IMG/VR virus record: IMGVR_UViG_3300033148_008025
Location: 1 to 64,000 of that record
Direction: 5' to 3' (one strand)
Origin: a virus
DNA: 64,000 bases
Every line of letters begins with the position of its first letter. The first letter of the stretch is position 1. The notes beneath the pieces were generated by a model, which was given only the letters and a program-made list of their open reading frames with translations, ran no database searches and was not told the DNA's origin. The position numbers were made by a program, and so were the translations under genes. This document shows positions 9,706-19,558 of this stretch, piece by piece.

Positions 9706-10193
9706 TTGGTTTCTTGTTCCAGTTCTGGTTCCAGTGCTTTACAAATATTGCAGTAGCCTCGGTGGTCACCGCAGTTCCCAGGTCTTGTGCACCCGATGTC
9801 TTCGAGCACTTCTCGTAGTCTGTCTCGTTCGTTGACAATTTGCTCTATCATTCGACCATGGGAGGTATAGACTGCTCCGTCTTTCCCGTAGGAGCTGCTG
9901 CCTGCCCCCGATTGGCGCTTGACAAGCGTACGGATCTCCTCTTCTGAGTACTTCCGATCACCTCTTTCATACAGTGTGCTCATTTGAACTCGGCTCCATG
10001 TAAAGCGTGTTTCTCCATCGACGATCTCCTCGACACGATCGTATCGGTAGGTATTGGGCATACCATTGGACCGGTATCCAGGTGCACATGTATCCCAGTG
10101 CGGGTTCTTTGTTCCTGCTGAGCATGTTGGCCATGCGCAGGGGAACACCATGTTGTCTCCGTGTTCACACTTCATGGCCAATCGTTCTCCCAT
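9702..10193 (-). CDS. modular Cys-rich protein (CEHG...CAWPxC plus coiled coil plus Cys cluster)
   Basis: N-terminal module shared with ORF 1801-2067; NERDRLREVL then C-x4-C-x2-H-x2-YC-x2-C. Confidence 0.55.
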   Translation of the reverse strand: MGERLAMKCEHGDNMVFPCAWPTCSAGTKNPHWDTCAPGYRSNGMPNTYRYDRVEEIVDGETRFTWSRVQMSTLYERGDRKYSEEEIRTLVKRQSGAGSSSYGKDGAVYTSHGRMIEQIVNERDRLREVLEDIGCTRPGNCGDHRGYCNICKALEPELEQETK

Positions 10194-11016
10194 TCCATGC
10201 AGACCTCGTCGAATTCGGCTCGGCTGATGGGGTGAATGTTGCTGAGGAACCTCCAGGTGTCCCAGTGAGTAGAGCCCTGTTTGCGACGTTTGTCGATGAT
10301 GGGGCCAAGCGCTGGAACATCGAGGTCTTTGATTGCCTTGCGTTGCCTGTCGATCGCAGAGCTGTTGCGGTCTTCAAGCCGCGTCATTGATTTGCAGCCT
10401 TCTCGAACCTTTCAACGAGTTCTTCGAACCGTTCGAGGAAAGATTCAAGCACTCGCTCGCTTTGCTCTACAGTAGAGTTCATCATCTCTGCTCCCGAGAC
10501 TATTGCATCTGACGCCTCGGAGATGGTTCGTCCTGCTTTCGATACCTCTTCTGCGCCAAGTAGTGTGATGTATTCACTCATTTGAAAGCAACCTCCAGAT
10601 TTTCTCTGAACGTCTCAAGCTGCCCGATACTTATCGACAGCTGCGTCTGGCACTGTCCAAGGAGTAGTCTCAGTCGGAAGACTTCGTTGAGTAGCCGCTT
10701 CTCTAGCCCGTTGACTTCGAGCTGGTTGATGGACTTTAGTTCTGATTCGGTGATTGGTTTACTCATTTGTACTTATCCTCCAATGCTTCCCATCCCCCTC
10801 CGGGTTCCCAAAGCAGTTTAGATGGAACTATCTTAGGGAGAAGGAGTGCCTCCATTGCTGAGATTTGTCCTTTCTTGGCAAGCCCTGCGCACCATTCATC
10901 GAATGGAACGGCAACACCGTCCAGGAGGAAGCAAAACCTTCCTCTACGGATAGACATACCCGTATCCCAGTCTTCTTGAAATGCTATCCAGGGCTTTATA
11001 CAGGTTCCCCTGTCGT

Positions 11017-11361
11017 TCATCTGCACACTCCAATCAGGGCCTCAGGAAAGTCTTTGCACGCAGCGATGTATTTACGAACAGCTTTCACGAAGCCCTGGTA
11101 TGTACCCCATCCATTGCCTGGACTGAGCGCACGGTATTTCTCTGGTTCAGTCAGGAGTAGCACAAGGCCGGCTTCAAGGATGCAGATTAGGTTTCCCGCC
11201 TTTACATACCCGAGTTCCTCTGGCCTCCACATGGCTCTGTAGATGCCAGCGGCTTCCGCCATCGTAGTCAGATTGTGTGTGATGTTGAATTCGAATACTG
11301 CGCCATCACGCGCAGTTGTTAGAGCTACATCTAGACTCATTTTGGCTTCCTTTTTTGCCAA
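11017..11361 (-). CDS. conserved phage hypothetical protein
   Basis: NITHNLTTMAEAAGIYRAMWRPEE...PEKY...NGWGTY: a widespread phage family recognised by motif. Confidence 0.7.
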   Translation of the reverse strand: MAKKEAKMSLDVALTTARDGAVFEFNITHNLTTMAEAAGIYRAMWRPEELGYVKAGNLICILEAGLVLLLTEPEKYRALSPGNGWGTYQGFVKAVRKYIAACKDFPEALIGVCR

Positions 11362-11475
11362 TGTCTTTCAAGGCACAGGCTGCACCAGTTTATCGGTTGT
11401 GAACGGAGTACCTGCAGACAGGTCATCCCGAAGTTCATATGAGATTTGCGGTCTAAGCAGAGCTGCTTACTCATA

Positions 11476-11700
11476 CTAGAGCCCCACCCCAGACACAACC
11501 CATAGGATGAGTCCAGTGAGCATGAGCAAGGCTCCTGCGATGACTCCTAGTAGTTGCCCGGTAAGCACTTTTCCGATGACGATGGTTGCGGTTGCAATTC
11601 CTGCGAGCACGGCAATGTTGAGTAGTGGTCCTACGTATTTCATGTTTCCTCCGTGAGCCGATATGACGTTAGGTAGATTTCCAGGCCGCACCTGGTGCAC
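11476..11700 (-). CDS. small two-TM membrane protein
   Basis: Almost entirely hydrophobic after MKYVGP. Confidence 0.5.
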   Translation of the reverse strand: MHQVRPGNLPNVISAHGGNMKYVGPLLNIAVLAGIATATIVIGKVLTGQLLGVIAGALLMLTGLILWVVSGVGL

Positions 11701-11824
11701 TTGTAGCTGGTGCGGCGCTTGCCCGGTACTCCCTCCACCTTTGGTGTGTTCGACCCGCCTGTGATGCTCAGAAGAACATCACAGTTGCCGCAGTTTATGG
11801 TGTCGATGTTTTGTATTGCGTTTT

Positions 11825-12037
11825 TCATGCACTGACAAACTTGAAACTGCGAAACATGGGATCACCCCACTCCTCGGTGATGAAGAAACCCAGCTTGTCG
11901 AGCTTCCTGATGTCTTTCTTGGAGACATCCCCTGGATCGATTCCGACGATAGTTAGGGAGTCATGCTCACAGTGTGTTGGACAGTCCGGGTTTCCATACT
12001 TGAGAAGTATCTGTAATGCTTCGATTAAATCACTCAT
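11825..12037 (-). CDS. conserved phage hypothetical protein
   Basis: LIEALQILLKYGN...PTHCEHD...LGF motif seen in other phages. Confidence 0.6.
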   Translation of the reverse strand: MSDLIEALQILLKYGNPDCPTHCEHDSLTIVGIDPGDVSKKDIRKLDKLGFFITEEWGDPMFRSFKFVSA

Positions 12038-12348
12038 TGAGTGTCTCCTTTTTCTTTGAAGAATCGAGCAATCTCTTCTTCTACGACACCGGAGACGCTT
12101 CGATTTTCAAACTTGGCTTTCATCTGCACTTTCAGATAGAGCGGACCAGAGATGCTTACGCTTTTCTTTTTCTTGCTTTTGTCCTGTGGCTTACGTGGTT
12201 TCTTGGCAACAACTGTTTTCACAGGCTCCGCGGCAATCTTCTTACCTGGCAGTCCGATTCGCATACACCCTATCGGACCAACACATTTAGGCCAGTTGCA
12301 GTCGTTGCGTTTACAGGCACTCATTTTGCTTCCGTTGCTGGATAACAT
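12034..12348 (-). CDS. putative ribbon-helix-helix DNA-binding protein
   Basis: C-terminal KSVSIS-GPLYLKVQMKAKFENRSVSGVVEEEI (beta strand plus two helices). Confidence 0.5.
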   Translation of the reverse strand: MLSSNGSKMSACKRNDCNWPKCVGPIGCMRIGLPGKKIAAEPVKTVVAKKPRKPQDKSKKKKSVSISGPLYLKVQMKAKFENRSVSGVVEEEIARFFKEKGDTQ

Positions 12349-12827
12349 CGATATTCAGCCATGCCAAAGTGTTTCGAAACATGCTTTTTGCATATCAGAC
12401 AGGTTTCATTGGATGGGTCATCACCTCTCTTAAACCATGTAACCTGAGCCTCGTCTTTCGACGGCAAAAACTTGCTACGAACAACAAATACCCTTGCGAT
12501 CGCTCGTAGTTGTTTTGCAACGCTCAAAGCTTCTTCCGATGTTTCCATCTCTGGAATGTACGCAACGCCGTTGTTTTCACGTCCACGACCGATGATCTGA
12601 TAGCTTTCTGGATAGCGCTCTTTTTTCATTGGCTCTCCCTTATGGCTGCAATGTCATAGAACAACCGACGGTCGGAGGCATCGTTCTTGCGCACGTGAGG
12701 GTAGAAACAGGACCAAGCTTCCTTGATGTCTCTCGTTCCCACCCCATCGAGTGCCATGCGCTTGATATTCCTTTGGCGGTTTTTTGGCAAGTGTGAATGG
12801 CCACATTGGGTGCAGATTTGGATTGGA

Positions 12828-13241
12828 CTACTCATTGTTTCCACTCAGTTCTCCTACGGATCTCCACGCCTCATTGAATTCATTAGCAATGCGATCACCA
12901 TCTTCTTTCTTCTTGATGTCTTGACTCATGTATCCAAGGCAGTCGTGGGCAGCAAGTGCCATCTTCTTCCACTTACTGGCGTCCTTCCTGAGTTGAATGT
13001 TCTCTTTTTTGATGCCCTCAAACTTCTTCGCCCAGTCCTCTTCGACACACATGTGACATAGGCCGTGGAGTTCGCATGGAATACAATCGCTCAATCCCTC
13101 CCTGTCTAGTCCACAGTGGGCCCCGCATCGTGGAAGATCCATCAGGAGTTCTCCTTCAGCCAGTCTTTCAGGGATCTCCGGCCTCGGAAGATTTCGATCT
13201 GCTCTCGGTACAACACAGCAGCTTCCTCTATCGTATTGCAC
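12828..13241 (-). CDS. Cys-rich plus coiled-coil hypothetical protein
   Basis: CGAHC...CIPCELHGLCHMC then a coiled coil; probable start MDLPRC. Confidence 0.45.
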   Translation of the reverse strand: MQYDRGSCCVVPRADRNLPRPEIPERLAEGELLMDLPRCGAHCGLDREGLSDCIPCELHGLCHMCVEEDWAKKFEGIKKENIQLRKDASKWKKMALAAHDCLGYMSQDIKKKEDGDRIANEFNEAWRSVGELSGNNE

Positions 13242-13374
13242 TCACACTCTACGCCATCAACGCAGGTCACAGTCGCACCTTCGTTGAATTCCAGATCCCC
13301 AGATTCATGCGGCGATGCGAATATCTCTGGCCTAATCATCTTGCCGTCGTCGTGTCCGCATGTTTCGCACTTAC

Positions 13375-14001
13375 TCATAGGTTCTCCACTCCATCCCAGT
13401 AGTCGCCTTGACAGGTAATGACGTGCTTAGGTGTGACAGGCTTCGCTGCTTCTGCAGCGCTGGGCCCCGCCTCTTTGATGCTTGCTGCCACCTTCTTCTG
13501 TTTCTCGAGCGTCTCACCTACTTGAATTTCTCCGCTCATCCAGTCATCGGCAAAGATGGTGTGCATGCACCAGCTGCACGGTGCGCACTGGAAGCAGGTG
13601 CAACGACCTTCGAAGCAGGTGCCGCAGTAGTAGATGCCGGCGCTACCGCTACTATCCAAGTCCATCTCGCACCCACAGTCCTCGTGGATTGGCGGTGGGA
13701 AGTTTTCTTCAAGCAGTTTTATCTGGTCGCGGAGCTTGGCGTTGTCTCTGTGCGCATCCTCTGCGACATCAGCGAGGCGATTTATGTCGTGGCTTACGCG
13801 GTCATACTTTCCGGTGGCGATACCGGAGTCATCAACAAGCTGTAGTAGACGGAAGATATCTTCGTGAACCTCGCCACCAAACTTGCCACATACGAAGTGG
13901 TCTTTTACTCGCTGCATGGTAGCTTGGCGGATGTCAGGCTTGAGCATGGGTCTACCCAGCTCTTCAGCAAAAAACTGTATTGGTTTTCGATTGGCCATCA
14001 A
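13375..14001 (-). CDS. hypothetical protein with multi-Cys zinc-binding region
   Basis: HEDCGC...CGTC...CTCFQCAPCSWC. Confidence 0.5.
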   Translation of the reverse strand: MMANRKPIQFFAEELGRPMLKPDIRQATMQRVKDHFVCGKFGGEVHEDIFRLLQLVDDSGIATGKYDRVSHDINRLADVAEDAHRDNAKLRDQIKLLEENFPPPIHEDCGCEMDLDSSGSAGIYYCGTCFEGRCTCFQCAPCSWCMHTIFADDWMSGEIQVGETLEKQKKVAASIKEAGPSAAEAAKPVTPKHVITCQGDYWDGVENL

Positions 14002-14746
14002 GAGTTCTCCTTCAGTAATTTGTTGTCAAGGGTCGTCTGCGCTCCACATTCATTGCATTCGCGAACGACTGGAAATACACCTACGAGTGTTTTGCGAACG
14101 ACCTTGCCGCATCCGGGACACGGGCGCGGGTCGATCGGTTTTTTCTTCAATCTGAGTTGCCTCTGGTGAGCTTCGCGAGCTCATCGTCGTAGGCGTCCGT
14201 AACGATGCGATCTGTAACGTCACGCTTCCAGTGACTGCGGACATGTCGCTTGCCTCTCCACTGCTCGAACAGTGGAATAACGACGAGGTTAGCAACGAGC
14301 ATTCCAATGAAAGCTCCGCCGATGAGGCTGAGGATGGACTCGCAGCTCATAGGTCCTCCTCATAGCTTTCTCCTGCATCGGCAGGGTCAAATGCGGATGC
14401 AGGCTCATCCCGGTAACCACTTGTCTTCCAGTGGCTGTCACACCACCTCCCGGCGTAGATGCCGAGAGATTGGCGTGTACAGACTTCGCCTTTACAGGGT
14501 TCATCGTCGCGGCTGATTCCCGCGCACGGCATAGGTTCCATCACCTTGGCCTCGAGGCGCTCGCCTTTGCTTGGATGCGGCCAATGAGCTCCTTGCAGTC
14601 GTCCTCGTCAAAGTCGTCGGCGAGTTCTTCGCAGAGGTTATCGATGTCCTCCATGGCACTGTATGCCTCGGTGAGAGCATCACTGATAGTCTCAGCGGCA
14701 TCTGCGATTTGCGTAGTCTCGTTGTTCAGCTCTTTTGAATTCAGCA

Positions 14747-15223
14747 TCATCGTTTCCAGTATGTAGGTATCTCCAGCGTATCAAGTCGGCAGCTCTGTGC
14801 TGCGATAACATCGCGTGGAACTCCGTGTATATTTCTTTCGAAGGCTACGTCGACTGAGCACGGGATAGTTCTGATTATCAGTTTGTACCCGTACGCAATC
14901 GCCATGGCCGCGTATGGAGCAATTTCCGCGATGGTCGTGTTGGTGTTGTCGATGATGATGTGTTCTACACCGTGTTGTGCTGCAGATACTGCTGCTCGGA
15001 AGCACTGTGCGTGGGCAGCCAGTAGACATCTGGCGTCGAACTTGTACTCCCCTTCGTTCATGAAGAAATCGTCGGCAGAGTAGATTGCACCGTCGAGTTC
15101 CTTGGCAATGGTGCTTTTCCCACTGCCGCTAATTCCGCAAAGTATTGTGTATTTCATGTGTAACTCTCCTGAGTGCAGCCCTTGTTGCAGAGCTGCCCTT
15201 TCTCTGCGCCGCAATCGACGCAT
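14747..15223 (-). CDS. P-loop kinase (AAA_33 / polynucleotide-kinase-like)
   Basis: Walker A CGISGSGKST, SADDFF, IIIDNTNTT, RNIHGVP; probable start MKYTILCG. Confidence 0.8.
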   Translation of the reverse strand: MRRLRRRERAALQQGLHSGELHMKYTILCGISGSGKSTIAKELDGAIYSADDFFMNEGEYKFDARCLLAAHAQCFRAAVSAAQHGVEHIIIDNTNTTIAEIAPYAAMAIAYGYKLIIRTIPCSVDVAFERNIHGVPRDVIAAQSCRLDTLEIPTYWKR

Positions 15224-15675
15224 GGTTGAATTTCCGCAAGAAGCTCGGGCTCGACCGTTGCTTCGACCATGAGCCCAGCAGCTTCAACGTTGGCAGCCTT
15301 GGCGTCTCTATACTTGAAGTAGAGTTGTTGGATTCTTTCCCTTAGAGAAATAATAGAGCGGTTCGAGTCCGTTCTCGTGATTTTGATTTTGTCGAGGAAA
15401 TTGTGCGCCCAGTTGATTTGCTCATCGAGATCTTCGATTACCTGGCAGTGGGTTTCGCAGGTTGCACATACCTTACTACCGCCAACTATCCTCTCACCAT
15501 CGACAATAATAGTGACGTTCTCGTAGAGGTGGCCGGCGATGGCTCGCAGTTCCACAGTTGAATTGACTTCCATAGTTACGGCCTGGCTACGACATCCCCT
15601 GAAGGCACCGCCGACTTCAATAACTTTTGCCTTGATACTCATAGGACAATCTCCTCTCCGCACTTGTTGCACCAC
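15154..15675 (-). CDS. hypothetical protein with two Cys clusters
   Basis: CATCETHC and CVDCGAEKGQLC. Confidence 0.45.
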   Translation of the reverse strand: MVQQVRRGDCPMSIKAKVIEVGGAFRGCRSQAVTMEVNSTVELRAIAGHLYENVTIIVDGERIVGGSKVCATCETHCQVIEDLDEQINWAHNFLDKIKITRTDSNRSIISLRERIQQLYFKYRDAKAANVEAAGLMVEATVEPELLAEIQPCVDCGAEKGQLCNKGCTQESYT

Positions 15676-15907
15676 AGCACTTCGTCAGTAGTATCGGTAC
15701 CGACGTCCCCGAGAACCTCTTCGCACATGGGGCAGCGTGGATCGTTCTTGATGGCAAATGAGATGTCTTCAAGCCCTCCGTCCTCCCCGCTACCGGTTGT
15801 GATTGCAATCAGGTCTGGAGAGTGCTTGAGAAGCTCCTTCTCCGCCCAGTTAAACTCCGACAGGAGAATGCGCGGTTCGTTCTTGGTGTTGTAGACCAGT
15901 GCTGCTT

Positions 15908-16606
15908 TCATTCTTTCGCTCCTGAGTTCGGTGATGGACAAAGACACTTGTCTAGATTCGAGTAGTAGTAATGCGGTCCAGAGCATGTCTCATCTCCCTG
16001 GATTTGTCCGTTCATCCCGAGACATCCACTGCAGACAAATGCGCCCTTTGTGCACCTTCGAAGCTTGTCGCAATCTACGCATTGATAGACGGCCTGTTCC
16101 TCCGGTTCGCCGTCTTTTGTCCTTTCCAGCATTTCACGGAGGAGGCCGATCACTTCATATGTTACTCCACGGGCAAGGCCTAGTTTCTCCCGGGGTGTCT
16201 CGTCCAGCAACTGTCGGTAGTGCGACATGTACAGATCGCGCTCTCTTGTGAGTTCTGCTATGCCAGTCTTGAGCCTGCTTTCCGTACAGAGAATGCATAT
16301 TGGCCCACCCATTTGCTCGTCGATAAAGTCGTAGCACTGTCTTTTACAGCCAACACATACTGTGAGGTGCTTTTTTCCAGCAAGCTCCTTCTTGCGCAGG
16401 TCAAGAATGGTCTTCCACCCAAGATCGGTTGGAACATAGTCTCCAGCCTCCAGAACTTTCGCCAGGCAGTTATCTACACACGCCTGCGTAAGGGATTTCT
16501 CAATGGCACTCTCCGGGGCCATGGGACCGTTGTGGTCCACCAGGGCAGTTAGCTGCGCAATGATGTCTTTCTCGTTCATTGTCTCAATCCTTTCTTTCTC
16601 ATCCAC
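15908..16606 (-). CDS. modular protein with putative winged-helix N-terminus and Cys clusters
   Basis: KDIIAQLTALVDHNGP module paralogous to the C-terminus of ORF 16599-17045. Confidence 0.5.
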   Translation of the reverse strand: MDEKERIETMNEKDIIAQLTALVDHNGPMAPESAIEKSLTQACVDNCLAKVLEAGDYVPTDLGWKTILDLRKKELAGKKHLTVCVGCKRQCYDFIDEQMGGPICILCTESRLKTGIAELTRERDLYMSHYRQLLDETPREKLGLARGVTYEVIGLLREMLERTKDGEPEEQAVYQCVDCDKLRRCTKGAFVCSGCLGMNGQIQGDETCSGPHYYYSNLDKCLCPSPNSGAKE

Positions 16607-17045
16607 GGATCCCTAGTCGCAGTTCGTTGGCAACGCGCCGTCCATTGACGGTCACGTGATAGCGTCCCTTGTCGTCGACGCGAGCCCAGCCCTTGTCAAC
16701 AACGGCATGGATAACTGACCCCCTGAATGTATCGCAGGCATCGGTGGGACCAGTATGCTCATCAAGTGCGATGAGCTGTTCATAGATGTCTTTCAGGCTA
16801 GCCATAGGATTCCTCTCTGAACTGCTTGATGGTAGTGTCACTTGCATCTGTTGAGCAGCTAAACAAGGCGGAAGGTGTCTGCCTGGCGTTAGCTCCTTCG
16901 GATGAAGAGTGACTTTCCTGATAGGACAGTCTTCGTGGAGTATTGTCTTGTAGTTGAGCCGTGCATAGTCAGCTGCATCCTGGGCACTTTTGGCAGCAAT
17001 GACTGTTTCGTGACAGATTTCGATTCGGACAGTGTAGGGTCTCAT
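16599..17045 (-). CDS. hypothetical protein with putative winged-helix C-terminus
   Basis: KDIYEQLIALDEHTGP...VDKGWARVDDKGRYHVTVNG. Confidence 0.5.
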   Translation of the reverse strand: MRPYTVRIEICHETVIAAKSAQDAADYARLNYKTILHEDCPIRKVTLHPKELTPGRHLPPCLAAQQMQVTLPSSSSERNPMASLKDIYEQLIALDEHTGPTDACDTFRGSVIHAVVDKGWARVDDKGRYHVTVNGRRVANELRLGIRG

Positions 17046-18481
17046 TGTATAACCTTCAGCGGATTAACATTGCCCTTGCTCCACTTTGCAAGTGCTTCCT
17101 TGACAGAGGTGTTCTCTCCATACCAGGACAGCTCGCATGGCTCCATCTCAGACTTCGCACAAAACGAGGATGGGCCCATGGTTCCTGCTACTGCATCTAC
17201 ATACATAGAGTGACATCCTTCCTTTCGTTCCAGCAGCCACTGCGGAATGGCGGCTTCCTCGAGTTCTTTTTCAAACTTTGCAGCAAGTGTCGTATCTATA
17301 GACACGGTGCATTTTCGACTCTTGACCATGTTGAGCCACCCGCTATTGTCATGCTCCTCGTAGCCGTTCCCAAGCCCAACGGTCTTGAATCCAAGCAGAA
17401 CCATCCTGAGTCTCAGCTCGACACACTGGTCGATGAGTTCACGAGTAACTTCCCATGGGTTTGCACCGATAACGATATGGATGGCGGGCATCTTGATTCC
17501 AGCTTTGCTTGCGGTCTCCCTGGCGATGAGGATATCCGTTGCATAATCCGCTGACAGCGCCCACGATCCACACAGGTCGGAAATCTTCCTAGCCTTCGCC
17601 TGGTCCTTCATCCAGGCCAAGCATCTTGTTGAGAAGCTTGGCACAACACCGCTCCCTCGAAATAGCTCCAATGTATGAATAAAATCCGGGTGCGCAGTAG
17701 GCTCACCGCCGCCGATTGCAACCTCGAAGACCTTCATAGTGCCACAGGCACCGGCGAGTCTTTGAAGGTAGAAACTGTCCGCGTGAGATCCCTTTGGCGT
17801 TGATTGCTGATAGCAGTAATCACAACCCTTGGCGCAGAAGTCTGTGATTTTCACATCAATAAGCTCTGGGTAGGTACTATGAGCCGGAGGCGGTGAGTCA
17901 TCGAGCGACACCCTGGCTTTCGTTCCGACCTCTGGGCAGAAGAGGGTCCAATGCCCTTTCGCATCCTTTCGGCAGACACTCTGCCCACTGAGGCAGCTCA
18001 TGCCTGTATTCATCTTTTTTCCACTATCGTGTAGTGGGTGAAATGTTCCTTCGTTATCATTCCCGCCAAGAACGACAACGCCCTTTCGTAAGAACATCTC
18101 TCGAAATTCTCTTACGAATTCTAGATCAACGACGTTGCTATTCCATGCCTTGGGCATCCCAAAGAGGCACTGGTGATCAACATATGCGCCAGGGTCCACT
18201 TCTCCGCAGATGTCTCGAGTAACAATTTCAGCAATATCTCGGCCAACAGAATCGCTCAAGGCACTTCTTAGTATGCACGCAAAGTAGTTATTCTTAGACT
18301 GCTCCGATGATGCCGTAAAATGATCCCATCCGAACTCGCCATCACGACCGTCGTCAACAGGCACATTGTCCGGGTCCACGATAATAATGCTGTGCGAAGA
18401 GGAGGAGTTGGTCGCGTGGTTGAGTCGTGCTTTGTGAATTCTCATAGTTTTCCTTTTATCTTGTTCATCATGGCCTCGCAC
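17042..18481 (-). CDS. radical SAM protein fused to an N-terminal TNSSS-x-HS domain
   Basis: CxxxCxxC (CAKGCDYC) in PELIDVKITDFC, VAIGGGEPTAHPDF. N-terminal domain HATNSSSSHS...EFGW...YVDHQ...GGNDN. Probable start ATG 18445, which overlaps the upstream stop. Confidence 0.9.
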   Translation of the reverse strand: MRGHDEQDKRKTMRIHKARLNHATNSSSSHSIIIVDPDNVPVDDGRDGEFGWDHFTASSEQSKNNYFACILRSALSDSVGRDIAEIVTRDICGEVDPGAYVDHQCLFGMPKAWNSNVVDLEFVREFREMFLRKGVVVLGGNDNEGTFHPLHDSGKKMNTGMSCLSGQSVCRKDAKGHWTLFCPEVGTKARVSLDDSPPPAHSTYPELIDVKITDFCAKGCDYCYQQSTPKGSHADSFYLQRLAGACGTMKVFEVAIGGGEPTAHPDFIHTLELFRGSGVVPSFSTRCLAWMKDQAKARKISDLCGSWALSADYATDILIARETASKAGIKMPAIHIVIGANPWEVTRELIDQCVELRLRMVLLGFKTVGLGNGYEEHDNSGWLNMVKSRKCTVSIDTTLAAKFEKELEEAAIPQWLLERKEGCHSMYVDAVAGTMGPSSFCAKSEMEPCELSWYGENTSVKEALAKWSKGNVNPLKVIQ

Positions 18482-18647
18482 TTATCACTCCATTCTTCTC
18501 CGCTCTTGATTACAGAGGCGAAGAAAAATACAGCAGTTTCCAGTTCGGAGACCTCTTCGTTCAGTTGAATGTTTTGCCTCGCGAGGCACGTGACGCTGTT
18601 GGTGGTTCCGCAGTCCCTGGTTTCGCATCGTACGCAGATTGCGTCAC

Positions 18648-19124
18648 TCATTTTGATTCCTTTTTCGTGACAATAACTTCTAGGCAAAGCCCTGGTTTCA
18701 GGAACCGCTCCGACGCATAGCCCATGTAGATTGCGAGAAAGTCTCTGTGGCTATTGGCAACCATGCAACTGGCCCTATGCGTAGTCTTCCCATCCTCAAG
18801 GGAAACCTGCTCCTCTTGCATAATGAAGCCGTTTGAAGCTTCATTGATTTTCAACATGAACGTTGTGTTGGGCCGAAGATGCAACAAGTCCTCAGTGCAC
18901 TTGTCAGATTCTTGTCGCACCTGTTCGCAGACAAGCTTGTTGGCATCATCGGCATATAGGTAGTGAAAGAAGTACCCGTCAAAGCCTTCGTCAGTGAAGG
19001 CTCCTATCAGGCCCATACACGGATATGAGTCTGGCTTGTCTCCGCTGTATGCGTAGCCGTGCCATTCCTCTCCTGTGACCCGCTTGTAGTCTTCCTCGTC
19101 TTTGATTAGCTTCCAGTCGCTCAT
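18648..19124 (-). CDS. hypothetical protein
   Basis: 158-aa ORF in packed operon. Confidence 0.5.
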   Translation of the reverse strand: MSDWKLIKDEEDYKRVTGEEWHGYAYSGDKPDSYPCMGLIGAFTDEGFDGYFFHYLYADDANKLVCEQVRQESDKCTEDLLHLRPNTTFMLKINEASNGFIMQEEQVSLEDGKTTHRASCMVANSHRDFLAIYMGYASERFLKPGLCLEVIVTKKESK

Positions 19125-19224
19125 TGTGGCCTCAGGCTTTCGGTCAGTTCTTCCAGGTAACGAACCCGCCTGCGTAGCGCGAGTATGAGTTTGTAGAGCT
19201 CGTCATTGCTTGGTGCTGGCATTG

Positions 19225-19551
19225 TCATTGTTGGCCTCGAAGTTCATCAACAATTCGTTGGCACTTTCCCTGTCCAGCATCCCGGTCGTAGTACCGAACG
19301 CGGTCCAGGAAGACTTTGTCACCTTCAGTGACGAAGTTGACTTTGATCGGCCTGCCGAAGACGTAGTCAAAGCAGAATACTCCGTTTCGGCTAAAGTCCT
19401 CAACGAACAATTCTTTGCAGTCGTCGGCGGTGATTGACTCCATCGCCCTGTCGTTCAGGGCACCTCGGCCCATAGGCAGAGTATTATTGCAGAGAGCAGC
19501 GAGGACTTCGTTGCGGTCCAGGCCTGTGATATCGATTGGTGTTCTGTCCAT
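19225..19551 (-). CDS. conserved hypothetical protein
   Basis: IDITGLDRNEVLAALCNN-x-x-PMG...FDYVFGRPIKV...YDRDAGQG: a recognisable family pattern. Start moved to ATG 19551 behind an AAGGA RBS. Confidence 0.65.
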   Translation of the reverse strand: MDRTPIDITGLDRNEVLAALCNNTLPMGRGALNDRAMESITADDCKELFVEDFSRNGVFCFDYVFGRPIKVNFVTEGDKVFLDRVRYYDRDAGQGKCQRIVDELRGQQ

Positions 19552-19558
19552 GCTTTCC

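Noticed and set aside
19120-19403. Apparent frameshifted gene (MLDRESANELL... / NDELYKLILAL...)
   Set aside because: Better explained as a normal 35-aa ORF (MTMPAPSNDELYKL...) starting at ~19228 in an ATGA overlap with the upstream stop.
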